Shown: positions 46,802 to 57,300 of the stretch, piece after piece
How positions within the stretch are numbered: the stretch's first letter is position 1
Layout: each line of letters opens with the position of its first letter
DNA from: a virus
Direction: 5' to 3' (one strand)
DNA length: 64,000 bases
Virus record (IMG/VR): IMGVR_UViG_3300046467_000379
Coordinates: 2,942 to 66,941 of that record
Notes under the pieces: model-generated
What the model was told of the DNA's origin: nothing
Database searches by the model: none
What the model saw: only the letters and a program-made list of their open reading frames with translations
Translations under genes and position numbers: made by a program

Positions 46802-48907
46802 TTACAGTGCGACTGCCATTGCAATGGCGAATGATTCGTCTGCGGAATCCCCAGCAGCATATGTTTTAAGCTGCGAAGCATTAATATATTTCGTAGCTCC
46901 ACCATCATCAATTAACAATTTATCCGCATCAACAATTGTAATTCCAGTTCCATCAGTACCACTGTCTATTTGAATTGCCCCACCCGCTACTTTATCAGCC
47001 GTTGAAATTGTGGCTAATTTAGTGTCTACTATTGCAGCATCAGATTTAATATCTGCATTGACAATAACATCGGCAGTTATAGCAGCAACACTAGTAACAT
47101 TTGCAGAACCATTGAACGATGCAGAAGTCCAAGTAATATCACCTGACGCTGAAATTGTTCGACCAGTAGCTAACGTATCAGCATTCCCTGTTACATCCCC
47201 CGTGACATTTCCTTCTAAATTCGCAACAATTGTTCCGACAGAGCCTGATACTACTTCACTAGATAAGGTAGCATCAGGTACAAAGGTTAGTTTCGCAGCA
47301 GAATCATCCCATCCTAAGAATGCCTGTTTAGCAGCAGAGCCGTTGTGGTATTCCATCATCAGGCCCACATCTTTATTTGTATCGGATGCTAAATCTCCTC
47401 CACCAGAGGCAGTTTGTAAATGTATAATGGGGTCTACAACCGTTAAGACAGTGCTATTGACAGTTGTGGTAGTTCCTGTTACAGTTAAATTGCCTGCGGA
47501 TATAGTACCTGTAGTGGTTATGTTACTAGAACCAGTGTCAATAGCCCCAAATCCCGAAGTAATGGAGCCTGCATTCAAGGCACCTGTTGCTACGATAGCT
47601 GTTAGATTGCCCGTTCCCACCAAAGTCCCTGTTGCCACAGGAAGAGTGAGGGTAACATTCCCTGAATAAGCACTATGAGCAGCAGACTTTAATTCAGCAT
47701 AATGAAGATTACTAACTTCACAATACAAACGAACTACTGATGCTGTGCCACCATTCTTAACATCTAATATACCAGAATTCAACGTGGTATTACCAGAAAC
47801 GGTTAATGTACCAGCAAGAGTTAAAGCACCATTGGCAACAGTAATTAAATCTGTATCATCTGTATGGCCTATCGTAGCCCCATTTATTAACACATCGTCT
47901 ATATCTAAAGACCCACCAGAAATTAAGCCAGTTGTAGTAATTGCACTAGAACCATTGTTAATGACCCCAAAGTTGGAACTAATTGACCCTGCATCTAAAG
48001 CCCCTACAGAGGTTATCTGAGTTTGAGCAGCATCTACATTTAGTGTATTAGTAGATAGGGTTATTCCTGTACCAGCTACTAAAGTTGTTTTAGACATTTC
48101 AATGGCTGCGGAAGCATTGATATCTGCATTTACTACTACACCACTAGCAATCGCTACGGCACCATCTGTCCCTAATGTTATATCACCACTAATAGCTTTA
48201 TTATCCCAACTATCAGTACCATCATATATTAGAACATGTGCGCCAGCTATATTAGCAATCGTAGTATCATTCAATAATGCTATAGTATCAGATGAAACAC
48301 CGCCAGCTACAAGGTTTCCAATTGTTACTTTTCGTACTCCTGAAGCAGAAGCATCATACATTATCACAAAATCATTAGAATTGTTAACTGTAGTAGTTGC
48401 AGATAGGTCTGTCACGGCTCCAGCTGCTAAAGTCATAGCCCCTGTATCATTAATAGTAGCTGCCCCTGATAGAGTCGCATCTCGCCATCGAGAAGTTCCC
48501 GTATCATATAGAATTAGGGCTGCGTCGGTGGGAGACGTAATAGCTGTATCAGTCAATCCTTCAAAAGCAGTACCACTAGCAGCTTCTGTAAGGTTATATT
48601 CTACATTTACATCATTTTTAAAATAAAGCTTATTATCAGATTTAGCATACATCACCCCAAAGCCTGATGCAGGCTGGCCTGGAGCCGAACCTTCAACAAC
48701 CGTAATTCCTGCGGATGTAAAACTCTTATTAGAAAAGGTTTGAGCAAGACTATTGCCTGCAACTACATTCCATGCACTCCCATCCCACATATACATATCA
48801 TCTGTATTTGTTTCAAGGAAGGTTGTACCCGTAAGTACATTGCTTGTGGGTTTAGTATCGCCACTAACCCCAGTAAGTCTATTTCCAGCTAAATACTTAA
48901 TTGCCAT
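46802..48907 (-). CDS. Tail fibre-like protein
   Basis: T/G/S/A-rich; GNLTVTGTTTTVNST..DP motif; ends FAIAMAVAL; start ATG 48907 (TAATG overlap). Confidence 0.75.
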   Translation of the reverse strand: MAIKYLAGNRLTGVSGDTKPTSNVLTGTTFLETNTDDMYMWDGSAWNVVAGNSLAQTFSNKSFTSAGITVVEGSAPGQPASGFGVMYAKSDNKLYFKNDVNVEYNLTEAASGTAFEGLTDTAITSPTDAALILYDTGTSRWRDATLSGAATINDTGAMTLAAGAVTDLSATTTVNNSNDFVIMYDASASGVRKVTIGNLVAGGVSSDTIALLNDTTIANIAGAHVLIYDGTDSWDNKAISGDITLGTDGAVAIASGVVVNADINASAAIEMSKTTLVAGTGITLSTNTLNVDAAQTQITSVGALDAGSISSNFGVINNGSSAITTTGLISGGSLDIDDVLINGATIGHTDDTDLITVANGALTLAGTLTVSGNTTLNSGILDVKNGGTASVVRLYCEVSNLHYAELKSAAHSAYSGNVTLTLPVATGTLVGTGNLTAIVATGALNAGSITSGFGAIDTGSSNITTTGTISAGNLTVTGTTTTVNSTVLTVVDPIIHLQTASGGGDLASDTNKDVGLMMEYHNGSAAKQAFLGWDDSAAKLTFVPDATLSSEVVSGSVGTIVANLEGNVTGDVTGNADTLATGRTISASGDITWTSASFNGSANVTSVAAITADVIVNADIKSDAAIVDTKLATISTADKVAGGAIQIDSGTDGTGITIVDADKLLIDDGGATKYINASQLKTYAAGDSADESFAIAMAVAL

Positions 48908-50886
48908 TATGCAACCCTCGTCCAATCCGTCATTGGAACCTCGTAAGAATGTCCACAGTATAGCTCTAGGAGCATCGTAGAACGGGCAAAGTCATATGTC
49001 GGGTCTTTTGCCCCATCTCTACCACCACATACCCCACAAATCGCCTTAGGTGACGTTAATTCCACTTCTACAACTGCCCCTGCCTTTTGAATCTTACAAG
49101 CTAAAGCGTTATTATTCGCATCTACTTCTTTAAGATACAAGATAGCAAATTCTGTTGAGGGGTCAGCAGGAGCAGCCTTAGTATCAAATGCTAAAAAGGC
49201 TCCATTTGCAGTAGCATTACTTATAGTCACACCGCTAGTCCCTTTTCCAGATATTTTAATGCCTGTATTGGTTTCTCCACTAGCTGTTATAGTCGCAGGA
49301 TTGCCTGTAGACCCATTTGCGAGAGTAATTTCATTGACAGCACTTCCAGTAGCTGTTACAATCATTAACTCATTGCCGTTGGTGTCTAAAATAGACGTAC
49401 CAATTCTAGGACTTGTTAGCGTCTTAGTGGTCAACGTTTGTGTGGCAGCTAAGGTAACTATATCAGAACCACCAACAGTTCCAGCATCAGCAGTTAAGGT
49501 ATCTATATTCGCAGTACCATCAAGATGCAAATCTTGCCATTCTAATGAGGCAGTACCTAAGTCTCTAGCACCATCACTAGAAGGAACCAAATCACTATCA
49601 AATCTACCTGTAGCAGTAATGGTATCACTAGTCGCATTCCCTAAATCAACATCTCCGTTAAATACCCCAGCCCCTGTCACCGTTAGGGAGCCTAATGTAC
49701 CTACAGAAGTAATGTTAGTTTGGGCTGCGGTTGCGATTGTTGCATAAAGATTAGCAAATTCCGCATCCCCTACTGTCCCTGAAAACACTTCAGAGCTATT
49801 AGTAGCATTAGTGAAGAATTTAAACCTACTATCACTATCATCTAGACCAAAAAACCCTATTCTAGCAGAGGAACCATCATGATATCTAAACTCAATGCCT
49901 CTATCTTTATTATCATCACTTCCAGGGGCTGTATCCCCTCCTAAAGTGAATACGGGGTCATCAATAGTAACAGTAGTACTATTAACTGTGGTAGTAGTTC
50001 CACCGACAGTAAGATTTCCTGAAATTGTTACGTTAGCAGGCAAACCAATCGTGACAGTCCCACTTGATTCGGCTACAGTCGTTTCATTTGCTGTTGCAGC
50101 TATAGTTAGCGTTCCACCTGGGGCTACGTTAGAAGTATTAGACCCATCACTTATTACTAGACTAGGCCCAGATAACTTCCCGTTAGCAATGCTGCCAGCA
50201 AGTTGGTCACTTGTGACTCCACCGCTTTTAATGGTAACAGCACCGCTGGATACTGAGAAATCATTGCTACTGAAACTGGCAACCCCTTTGTTACTCGCAC
50301 TAGCATCCTCTCCCTCAATTGTTACTAAATTAGACCCCATTGTAGTATTAATGCCTTCTCCCGCTGTGAAGGTAAATGTCTCCCCCAAGGAAGTGGGGTC
50401 ATTGCTCCCCGATTCCGCAGCAAACGTAATAGAAGCAGATGCAAGATTAGCATTAGAAATCCCAGCAGAACCACTTAAATTAGCGTTGACAATGTTACTT
50501 ACTGTATTATTAGAAACGTTTATGGTTTTGTTGGTGAGTGTCGCTGCATGGGCTTCCATTGCAAATGTGTCATTCCCTGTTAAAAGAGGCATACCGACAG
50601 TTCTATCTGCTGCCAATTCTTGAACAGAGAATATATACTGGTGGTCAGATGAAGTATCATTAATTTGGGGGGTTGTCAGAACAGGACTTGCCAGAGTTTT
50701 ATTGGTGAGTGTTTGAGCAACTGCATCCCCAGCAACAACATTCCAACTATCACCATCCCAAAAGTATAAGTCATCTGTATTGGTTTCAAGAAAAGTTAGC
50801 CCTGTAACAATATTACTTGTATTAACGTTGGCTCTATCGGTGGATGTTCCTGCCCAGTTATTACCGGCATAATATGTAATCGCCAT
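48907..50886 (-). CDS. Tail fibre-like protein with C-terminal CxxC..CGH domain
   Basis: QTLTNKTL repeats; GNLTVGGTTTTVNST..DDP..DRGIEF; C-terminal ICGVCG..LYCGH. Confidence 0.75.
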   Translation of the reverse strand: MAITYYAGNNWAGTSTDRANVNTSNIVTGLTFLETNTDDLYFWDGDSWNVVAGDAVAQTLTNKTLASPVLTTPQINDTSSDHQYIFSVQELAADRTVGMPLLTGNDTFAMEAHAATLTNKTINVSNNTVSNIVNANLSGSAGISNANLASASITFAAESGSNDPTSLGETFTFTAGEGINTTMGSNLVTIEGEDASASNKGVASFSSNDFSVSSGAVTIKSGGVTSDQLAGSIANGKLSGPSLVISDGSNTSNVAPGGTLTIAATANETTVAESSGTVTIGLPANVTISGNLTVGGTTTTVNSTTVTIDDPVFTLGGDTAPGSDDNKDRGIEFRYHDGSSARIGFFGLDDSDSRFKFFTNATNSSEVFSGTVGDAEFANLYATIATAAQTNITSVGTLGSLTVTGAGVFNGDVDLGNATSDTITATGRFDSDLVPSSDGARDLGTASLEWQDLHLDGTANIDTLTADAGTVGGSDIVTLAATQTLTTKTLTSPRIGTSILDTNGNELMIVTATGSAVNEITLANGSTGNPATITASGETNTGIKISGKGTSGVTISNATANGAFLAFDTKAAPADPSTEFAILYLKEVDANNNALACKIQKAGAVVEVELTSPKAICGVCGGRDGAKDPTYDFARSTMLLELYCGHSYEVPMTDWTRVA

Positions 50887-51434
50887 TACTGTATTCTCCT
50901 CAAATTGGACATTTCCATTTCATAGGAGTGCCCACAATATAGTTCTACTATCATTATACCAGTTTGGAAGTTAAAAATGGGGTCTTTTGCTCCATCTTCA
51001 CTCCCACAAACACCACATACACACCCAGGAGAGGTTAATTCTACCTCAACAACACTTCCAGCCTTTTGTATCTTAATTGCCAGAGCATTATTATTAGAAT
51101 TTATTTCTTTGAGGTACAATCGCCCCTCTTCCGCGCCAGGGGCTGTGGGAGCAGAGATAACAGAAAAATCTAAAAATGTTCTATTAACCCATTTACTAGA
51201 TATACTGTCATATTGCAAATGATTATTATCTGCAATACTACCTATAGTTGTATCTGACATCCCTGCCACAGAGTTACTAGTACCTACAAAATCTACAACC
51301 GCTTTAGCTGATGGAATTGTATTATGAGAAGCTGATATAGATGTTAAATCGGTATCTAATGTATTTATATCAATATCCGATGTAACTATTTGTTGAGAAG
51401 TGGCTCCTCCTCTTGCTCGTTTAAATAAAGGCAT
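50886..51434 (-). CDS. Short fibre-like protein sharing the CxxC..CGH C-terminal domain
   Basis: LQYDSISSKWVN fibre motif; C-terminus paralogous to that of 48907..50886. Confidence 0.7.
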   Translation of the reverse strand: MPLFKRARGGATSQQIVTSDIDINTLDTDLTSISASHNTIPSAKAVVDFVGTSNSVAGMSDTTIGSIADNNHLQYDSISSKWVNRTFLDFSVISAPTAPGAEEGRLYLKEINSNNNALAIKIQKAGSVVEVELTSPGCVCGVCGSEDGAKDPIFNFQTGIMIVELYCGHSYEMEMSNLRRIQ

Positions 51435-51437
51435 GGT

Positions 51438-51761
51438 TTATCTCCCCCAAGCGATACCACGTATCCTAGCATTGGTTCCCCCTGCCCTAATAATACTAAT
51501 CTTAGACCCTACATATACTGCGTCATCAAAATATCCCTCATCTTGAGGAACAAGCATTGAAGAAGTTGTCGCATCCCCATCAAATTCCACATATGCGTCT
51601 GCTAATTCTATTACAAACGATATTTTACTGCATTCTTCCATAACTGCACCAATATCAACTACAGTTTCTGCTGAAGCCCCACTCGTAGTAACCGTAAACG
51701 TCTTATGTTTACTATAAGTTTGTAGAAGTTCTATCTCTTGTCTCCACGGCTTAGTTGTCAT
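51438..51761 (-). CDS. Small beta-rich putative virion protein
   Basis: About 107 aa; start ATG 51761 with SD AAGGAG. Confidence 0.6.
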   Translation of the reverse strand: MTTKPWRQEIELLQTYSKHKTFTVTTSGASAETVVDIGAVMEECSKISFVIELADAYVEFDGDATTSSMLVPQDEGYFDDAVYVGSKISIIRAGGTNARIRGIAWGR

Positions 51762-52713
51762 CGCTAAACTCCTTGTGAGCAAACCTTAGTAAGGTTGGTT
51801 TGCTATTCCCCAATGTATTTTTTCGATAATTAAGAGCAGAGGATGCCAATGGCACCTTAAATCCTTCTTGTTTGGCTATAGCCCCAACCGACATGGGCCT
51901 TGGTGCCGATAATTCTGCCCGTAGACGCTTGTTTTCTACGGCAATTGTGGTCATATCATCCATTAAGTCATCCATTTGCTTACTTAGCTCGGTTCGTACC
52001 CGTTTTTCAGCATCCGTACTCCCACTTTGGTTCCTAATCAGCAGTTGTTGTTCTAATTCATGCTTGTGAGTAGTCAACATTGCCACTTGCCCATTCAAGG
52101 TCAGGGATTCTTTGTCTAATTTCTCCCACATTTCTAAAGTTTCTGTGTATTTATTACTTAAATCTTTAGAAAATTCCGTTAATGCTTGATGTTCTTGCTG
52201 CAAATTCCCCAACACTGCCCTCAATTCGGACTCTACAGCCATTTTATTAAGGTTCTCTTGGTAATTCGACTCTACTTTATTTTGCAAATTAGCATTATTG
52301 ACCCGCAATTGTTCCAATTCAGTCTGTTGGGTATCTGCTTTGGTCTGAACAATGTTCAAATTAGCAGTCATTTCACCCCAACCAGAGGACATGTCATCAA
52401 AATTAGACTTCATAACTGCCATTTCCTCAAAAATACGGTGTTTTTCAACCACTTCTGCATCTAAATTGTCAATTCTGTTCTGTAAAAGCTTATTATCCCC
52501 CAATAATGCCTCATTTGCGAGGCTTTTACTCTCTAAAAGGTTCTGCAATTGACTCTTTTCACCGTTTATATCGTCAATTTCAACGATTTTACCCTCCAAA
52601 TCAGTTATTTTTGACTGTAAAACGGCCTCTTTATGGGCATTATTAAGGTCAAAAATTTGCGTGTTTTGGGGCTTAGAGACGGGGTTTTTGTCGTAAAATG
52701 CACCTAATTTCAT
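51751..52713 (-). CDS. Long coiled-coil protein
   Basis: Continuous heptad pattern over about 250 aa. Confidence 0.65.
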   Translation of the reverse strand: MKLGAFYDKNPVSKPQNTQIFDLNNAHKEAVLQSKITDLEGKIVEIDDINGEKSQLQNLLESKSLANEALLGDNKLLQNRIDNLDAEVVEKHRIFEEMAVMKSNFDDMSSGWGEMTANLNIVQTKADTQQTELEQLRVNNANLQNKVESNYQENLNKMAVESELRAVLGNLQQEHQALTEFSKDLSNKYTETLEMWEKLDKESLTLNGQVAMLTTHKHELEQQLLIRNQSGSTDAEKRVRTELSKQMDDLMDDMTTIAVENKRLRAELSAPRPMSVGAIAKQEGFKVPLASSALNYRKNTLGNSKPTLLRFAHKEFSDDN

Positions 52714-52714
52714 A

Positions 52715-53125
52715 TTATTCCACTTCATCCAAGGTTAAAATCTCAGATGTGAAGTATCCATCAGGCAAAATAGCACTTGGGAGATTTTCCATCCATTTAC
52801 GGGTAGATTGTCGAGGCACCCACTTATTTGTATCCACCTGAATGGCCCTATTTACAAAATTATCCATATATATTTGATATCCAGCTTCATAACTATAAGT
52901 TATATCATCTGTGGACTCCCAATAACGCACTTCACCCACTGGAAACTCTACAGGTACAGGAATATTCGGTAAGGTCTTATTTACTTTAACCATAATAATG
53001 TGTTTTTTAGGTGTTGCCTCTTCTACTGCTTCTGAAATGGTTTGAACGGTGGGATGTGAACCCCACTCCTCTAGTTTTGGCCCATATACCACTAATTCTG
53101 GTTTAACCGTCTTTTTTCTAGGCAT
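52715..53125 (-). CDS. Hypothetical protein (136 aa)
   Basis: ORF with SD GAGGGG, in operon. Confidence 0.62.
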   Translation of the reverse strand: MPRKKTVKPELVVYGPKLEEWGSHPTVQTISEAVEEATPKKHIIMVKVNKTLPNIPVPVEFPVGEVRYWESTDDITYSYEAGYQIYMDNFVNRAIQVDTNKWVPRQSTRKWMENLPSAILPDGYFTSEILTLDEVE

Positions 53126-54266
53126 TTTTTACCCCCCTCTTCTTTTTTTCTTCTATATTTGACTTTGGATGCTGCCCAATCCTCTTTTTATCGTGAGGCT
53201 TCGTTTGCCCAGCGTCAGCAACGCTTCGGAAACGCCGTCCAGCTTCCATACTACCAGCACCTTTACCACCTGGGCCTTTACGAGAGATAGAGCGTTCATG
53301 AACACCCGTACCTGACCCACGCATACGTCTTTTACCCTGTACTTCCCATACGGTACGCCCTAATTTCTCTGGGCGAGTCCAACGATGCTTAACCGCATCC
53401 CACATTAACCCCATTCTAGGGGGTACGGGGGCATGGTCTTTATAAAGCATCGCTAAATCATCTAAAAAATTGCCATCATCCGATTTTCGCAGTCCTTTCA
53501 ACTTACGAATCATTTCTTCTTGCAATTTCCGCTTTTCTTCACGGTTTTGTGTCCGTTCCCACTCCTGAGCCATGTGTGGGGGGACTTCATGACTTGCAGT
53601 ATCCGCACTTAATGCCCACCCAGCCGCAGCAGACAATAAACGGGCTAATGCAGGGCTTACACCCTTTTGCATGTTCATAATAGCCTTTTCAGAGTCTTTT
53701 GCCTTAGATTTTTCCTTAATTTGCTTCCATCTTTTAGGATTATGTTGTAAAAACCTTACATAAGCATTCCGTCTAGTGAATTTATCACTTCCTTCGGGGG
53801 CATCCCCCATTCCAGGCCTCCAATCACTTCCCGCAGCACTACGAGTATCCCCATGCCGCATTCCTACGGCTGCTGTAGCGAATCGAGACATTTCCTCTAT
53901 TTCACTGCCTTTACGTCTTCCCCGTGACCCATAAACGGCGGGGTTTTTATATGCAGCATTAGGGTCACGCGGCCTTCCTACAGGCTTTGCTCCCTCTTTT
54001 CGTTGCACCTTCATAAGAGCTTTTTGAGTAGATTGCGTCTGAGATTCCTCTTTACTACGTCGAATGCCTGCAACCATTCGTTCCAAAGCATTTTTATTGT
54101 GGTCTGCAAGAGTTTTCCTAGCTTCAGAAACATCATCCTTGGACATATACTTGATGTCTCCCTCATCAGCAGCTATTTGACGAGCAGCACTACCCTCCCG
54201 CATATTAAAGCGGGGGGCACCATACCCCTTTTCAAAGAAGCCCTGTAATTCGTCAAAGGCACTCAT
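53118..54266 (-). CDS. Basic, disordered candidate head-internal protein
   Basis: SD GGAGGAG before ATG 54266; several hydrophobic-x-K motifs; PPRMGLMWDAVKHRW segment. Confidence 0.62.
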   Translation of the reverse strand: MSAFDELQGFFEKGYGAPRFNMREGSAARQIAADEGDIKYMSKDDVSEARKTLADHNKNALERMVAGIRRSKEESQTQSTQKALMKVQRKEGAKPVGRPRDPNAAYKNPAVYGSRGRRKGSEIEEMSRFATAAVGMRHGDTRSAAGSDWRPGMGDAPEGSDKFTRRNAYVRFLQHNPKRWKQIKEKSKAKDSEKAIMNMQKGVSPALARLLSAAAGWALSADTASHEVPPHMAQEWERTQNREEKRKLQEEMIRKLKGLRKSDDGNFLDDLAMLYKDHAPVPPRMGLMWDAVKHRWTRPEKLGRTVWEVQGKRRMRGSGTGVHERSISRKGPGGKGAGSMEAGRRFRSVADAGQTKPHDKKRIGQHPKSNIEEKKKRGVKNA

Positions 54267-54290
54267 AAATAACTCCTCCACAAGTTCATA

Positions 54291-54305
54291 TATTATATTA
54301 TACTA
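54291..54305 (-). promoter_or_regulatory. Putative late promoter TAGTATAATATAATA
   Basis: Copy of the repeated motif. Confidence 0.55.
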
Positions 54306-54322
54306 TGTACACTACGAAAAAT

Positions 54323-57300
54323 CTATGCTATTAGCCCCTGTAATGTGTTTTGTTGTCTATTGCCCGAATCATCCCCCACTAACCCTTGAAGTTGGCTGCT
54401 TTGTGGGGAATCATCTCCTATCAACCCTGACAACCCTCCAGAAGGCGGCTGTCCTGCTTGAGAAGGTTGGTACTCTTGGGGTGGGTTCTCAAACCGACTA
54501 GCCCAGCTACCGTCCCCCTCAGAGGGATGCGGAGCAAATTTATCTTGTACTTGTTGATTTCCCATATGCTGGTCATATAACCTGTTAATATGTTCCCAAT
54601 CGGAGTCCAACTCAGAATTTAGCCCATTTAATTGGTTGTTTATATTTTGAAACTTCAGATTTTCCTCATCATGGTTTTGATGTTCTTGACTCTTAGCCGC
54701 ACCTGTTCCCCGCTTTGCTCTTTCAGCTGCCATCTTTACAGCTTCTTGTTGATGCCACTTACCTCTTTTAGAGACATGGTTTCGCAAGTCCTTCATATCT
54801 TGTGCCCGTGCCTGGGCTTCGCCAGGAGATAGATATCTCATTGGCTTCCCATGCATCTCTAGTTTATCCATAACATCCTTAGTACGTTGTTCTGCTTCTG
54901 CATCAACCCTATATTGTCTGCGTATCCGACGTATGGCTTCAAAAGCGGGGTCTTTACTACCTAAAGCTCTAGACACCACTCCCTTCACCCCTCGTCCTAT
55001 ACCACCAGCACTAACATCTGATGTTACCGCAAATGGGTTTATAATGCCACCAAGCCATCCTACTATACCAGAACCAGGGTAATTGATTACATCTTGATAA
55101 CGCTGTCGATATTCTTGATTACGGCCCCAGAATTCTCCTGAATGTCCTAACTCATCTGACATTAAGTCTTTACTCCCTGGTTGTGATTGAGGCTCCGTAG
55201 AAGCCTGTCTCCTTCGACGTTCCAATGCATCTCCTCGCAACACGTCCTTTAATAGTTGCATCTGCAACGGTGCTTGTGGGGGCGTCTGTGGGGGATTCTG
55301 TGGACGTAAGACCTTCCCAGTTAAGAAGTTACCTTGATTGTCCTTAAAACTATCCGCTGTTTGAGTGAAATAATTATAAAACTGTTGGGAATGATAATCA
55401 TGGATTACATCATTCACTGTTTGCGGTTGAGTCTTATCCTTTTGTTGAACCGCAGACCACTCAGCATCCGCATGATTAATGTTACCTTGGGAATCCACAT
55501 AGTAAGATAAGTCATTGTTGTTGTTCATTTGAGCTGTTTTTGCTTTACCCCTACGAGCAAAGGCATATCGAGGGTTGGGTTCCCCCTGACCATTAGCTCT
55601 ATGAGAGCCATGATAGTGTTCCCCCGCAGGAATCATCATACCTGAGCCTGCCCCAGCAGCCGCTAGTTCATCTCTCACATCATTATACCTATGGGGGTTT
55701 ATCCATGCCCCTGATTCGGGATGGAACCAACCATGTTGTACACCTTGTTCCCCTAAGAGGTTTTTAGTCTTTGCAAATTTAGTATCATCATTATCAAATC
55801 TTTCTAATGCACCTCGATGGTCAAGAGGTCTAAAGTTAGCATACCTGTCTACCTTACTCCAGAATTTTTCAGCAGCGGATGGTTGAGGTTGATTGCCTGG
55901 CGTCTCATTATAATCAAAATAATGGGTATCCTCGTCAAACTCCAGCGAATTGGGGTCAATTTCCTTCCCCCATTCTCCAGTTCTCTCATCACGTTGTCGA
56001 AGGTCATGCACAGTTCCCGCCCCATTAGAATCATATTTAATGACTAACCAGGGTTTGTGGTTTCTATTAGAACGTAATGCGCCCCCTTCTCCCACAGCTT
56101 TCATATATGCCGCCTCGCCGTGCATCTCCTTAACATGGGCTTTACCCGCTGTCTTCAAGTGTTCTTCTCCACCATATTCTACATTATCTTGTTCCGCTTG
56201 GGCTTTATCCGAAGCAATAAATTCATTCATATCAAAATCTGGTATGTTTGCAGCGGCTTGAGAAATTTCCTGCCAACGTTGATTCCATATTTTTCGTGTG
56301 GCATCGGTCATATGTTCCCCGTGTTTATTTTTCCAATACTCCAACCTACGAATTTGAGTAGTAACGTCATCTTGTGTGGGCATCTGCTGTAGAGGAAGAA
56401 TTCCACGATAGCCCTCTATATCATTAGCATCCACCTGAAGTTGACGTTTGTTAGAGTCTGCTATATGTTTTGCATTAGCTTTAAGGGCGGCTCCGTAATC
56501 GCTTCTAAATTGTTTAGGAGTACTGGCTGCATTCATCCGCATGTAGTTTTCCATATCCTCATCTACAGGAATCCCCGTATTTTCAACGGCAGATTTATAC
56601 GCCGCTAACATACGTTCTAGTTCATCTGCTTCAATGGGTTTATCGGCATCAGTAAGTGTTTTCGTTGATTTTGCTTCTTCGGTTTCAGCCCGTAGTTTAG
56701 CCTTATCTCTAGCTTTCCGACGTACTTGGATAACTCGTTTATCGTGTTCCTCTTCAAGGCGATTGTTTCCATGATGCCTAAGCATACTACCAATCTCACC
56801 GTCAATCTCCTCTTGCAAGTCAGGGTCATTCTGGGCCTGCTCTTCATAATCCTTACCGAATTGTTGTCCTAATATCTGACGAATCTGTTCATTTCGGGTT
56901 GAAATACTTTCGGGTACCTCGGGTTCGTCAAATTGATTGCCCTCTACCATTAAACCTGTACCAGCTAATAGAGTTTCCTCTGCACTAGGCTCTTTCCACT
57001 CCCAATCCCCTTCTAATGGATTATTTTTATTCGCTATCCATACCCATTTATGGTTCTCTTGACCCCAACCACTTAACTCTGGTTCAGGTGGGGCTACTTC
57101 AGCAGTACCAGCAGCGGGGGCAGCATCAGCAACAACAGGCTCAGTAACAGGCGAAGTTGTAGTAACGGCATCAGGGGATGGTGCTACGGCTTCTTCCTGT
57201 ACTGCGGCACCTATAATTTCAGGAGCAAATCCCCAACGTTCCATTCGGTCAGAACGCTTTACTAGGGGCTGTCTATGGTTGTCACTTCTGGCAGAATCTT

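Noticed and set aside
41215-51434. Diversity-generating retroelement or invertible fibre cassette
   Set aside because: No reverse transcriptase or invertase seen; the duplicated blocks differ at synonymous and non-adenine positions, consistent with old paralogy rather than TR/VR pairs
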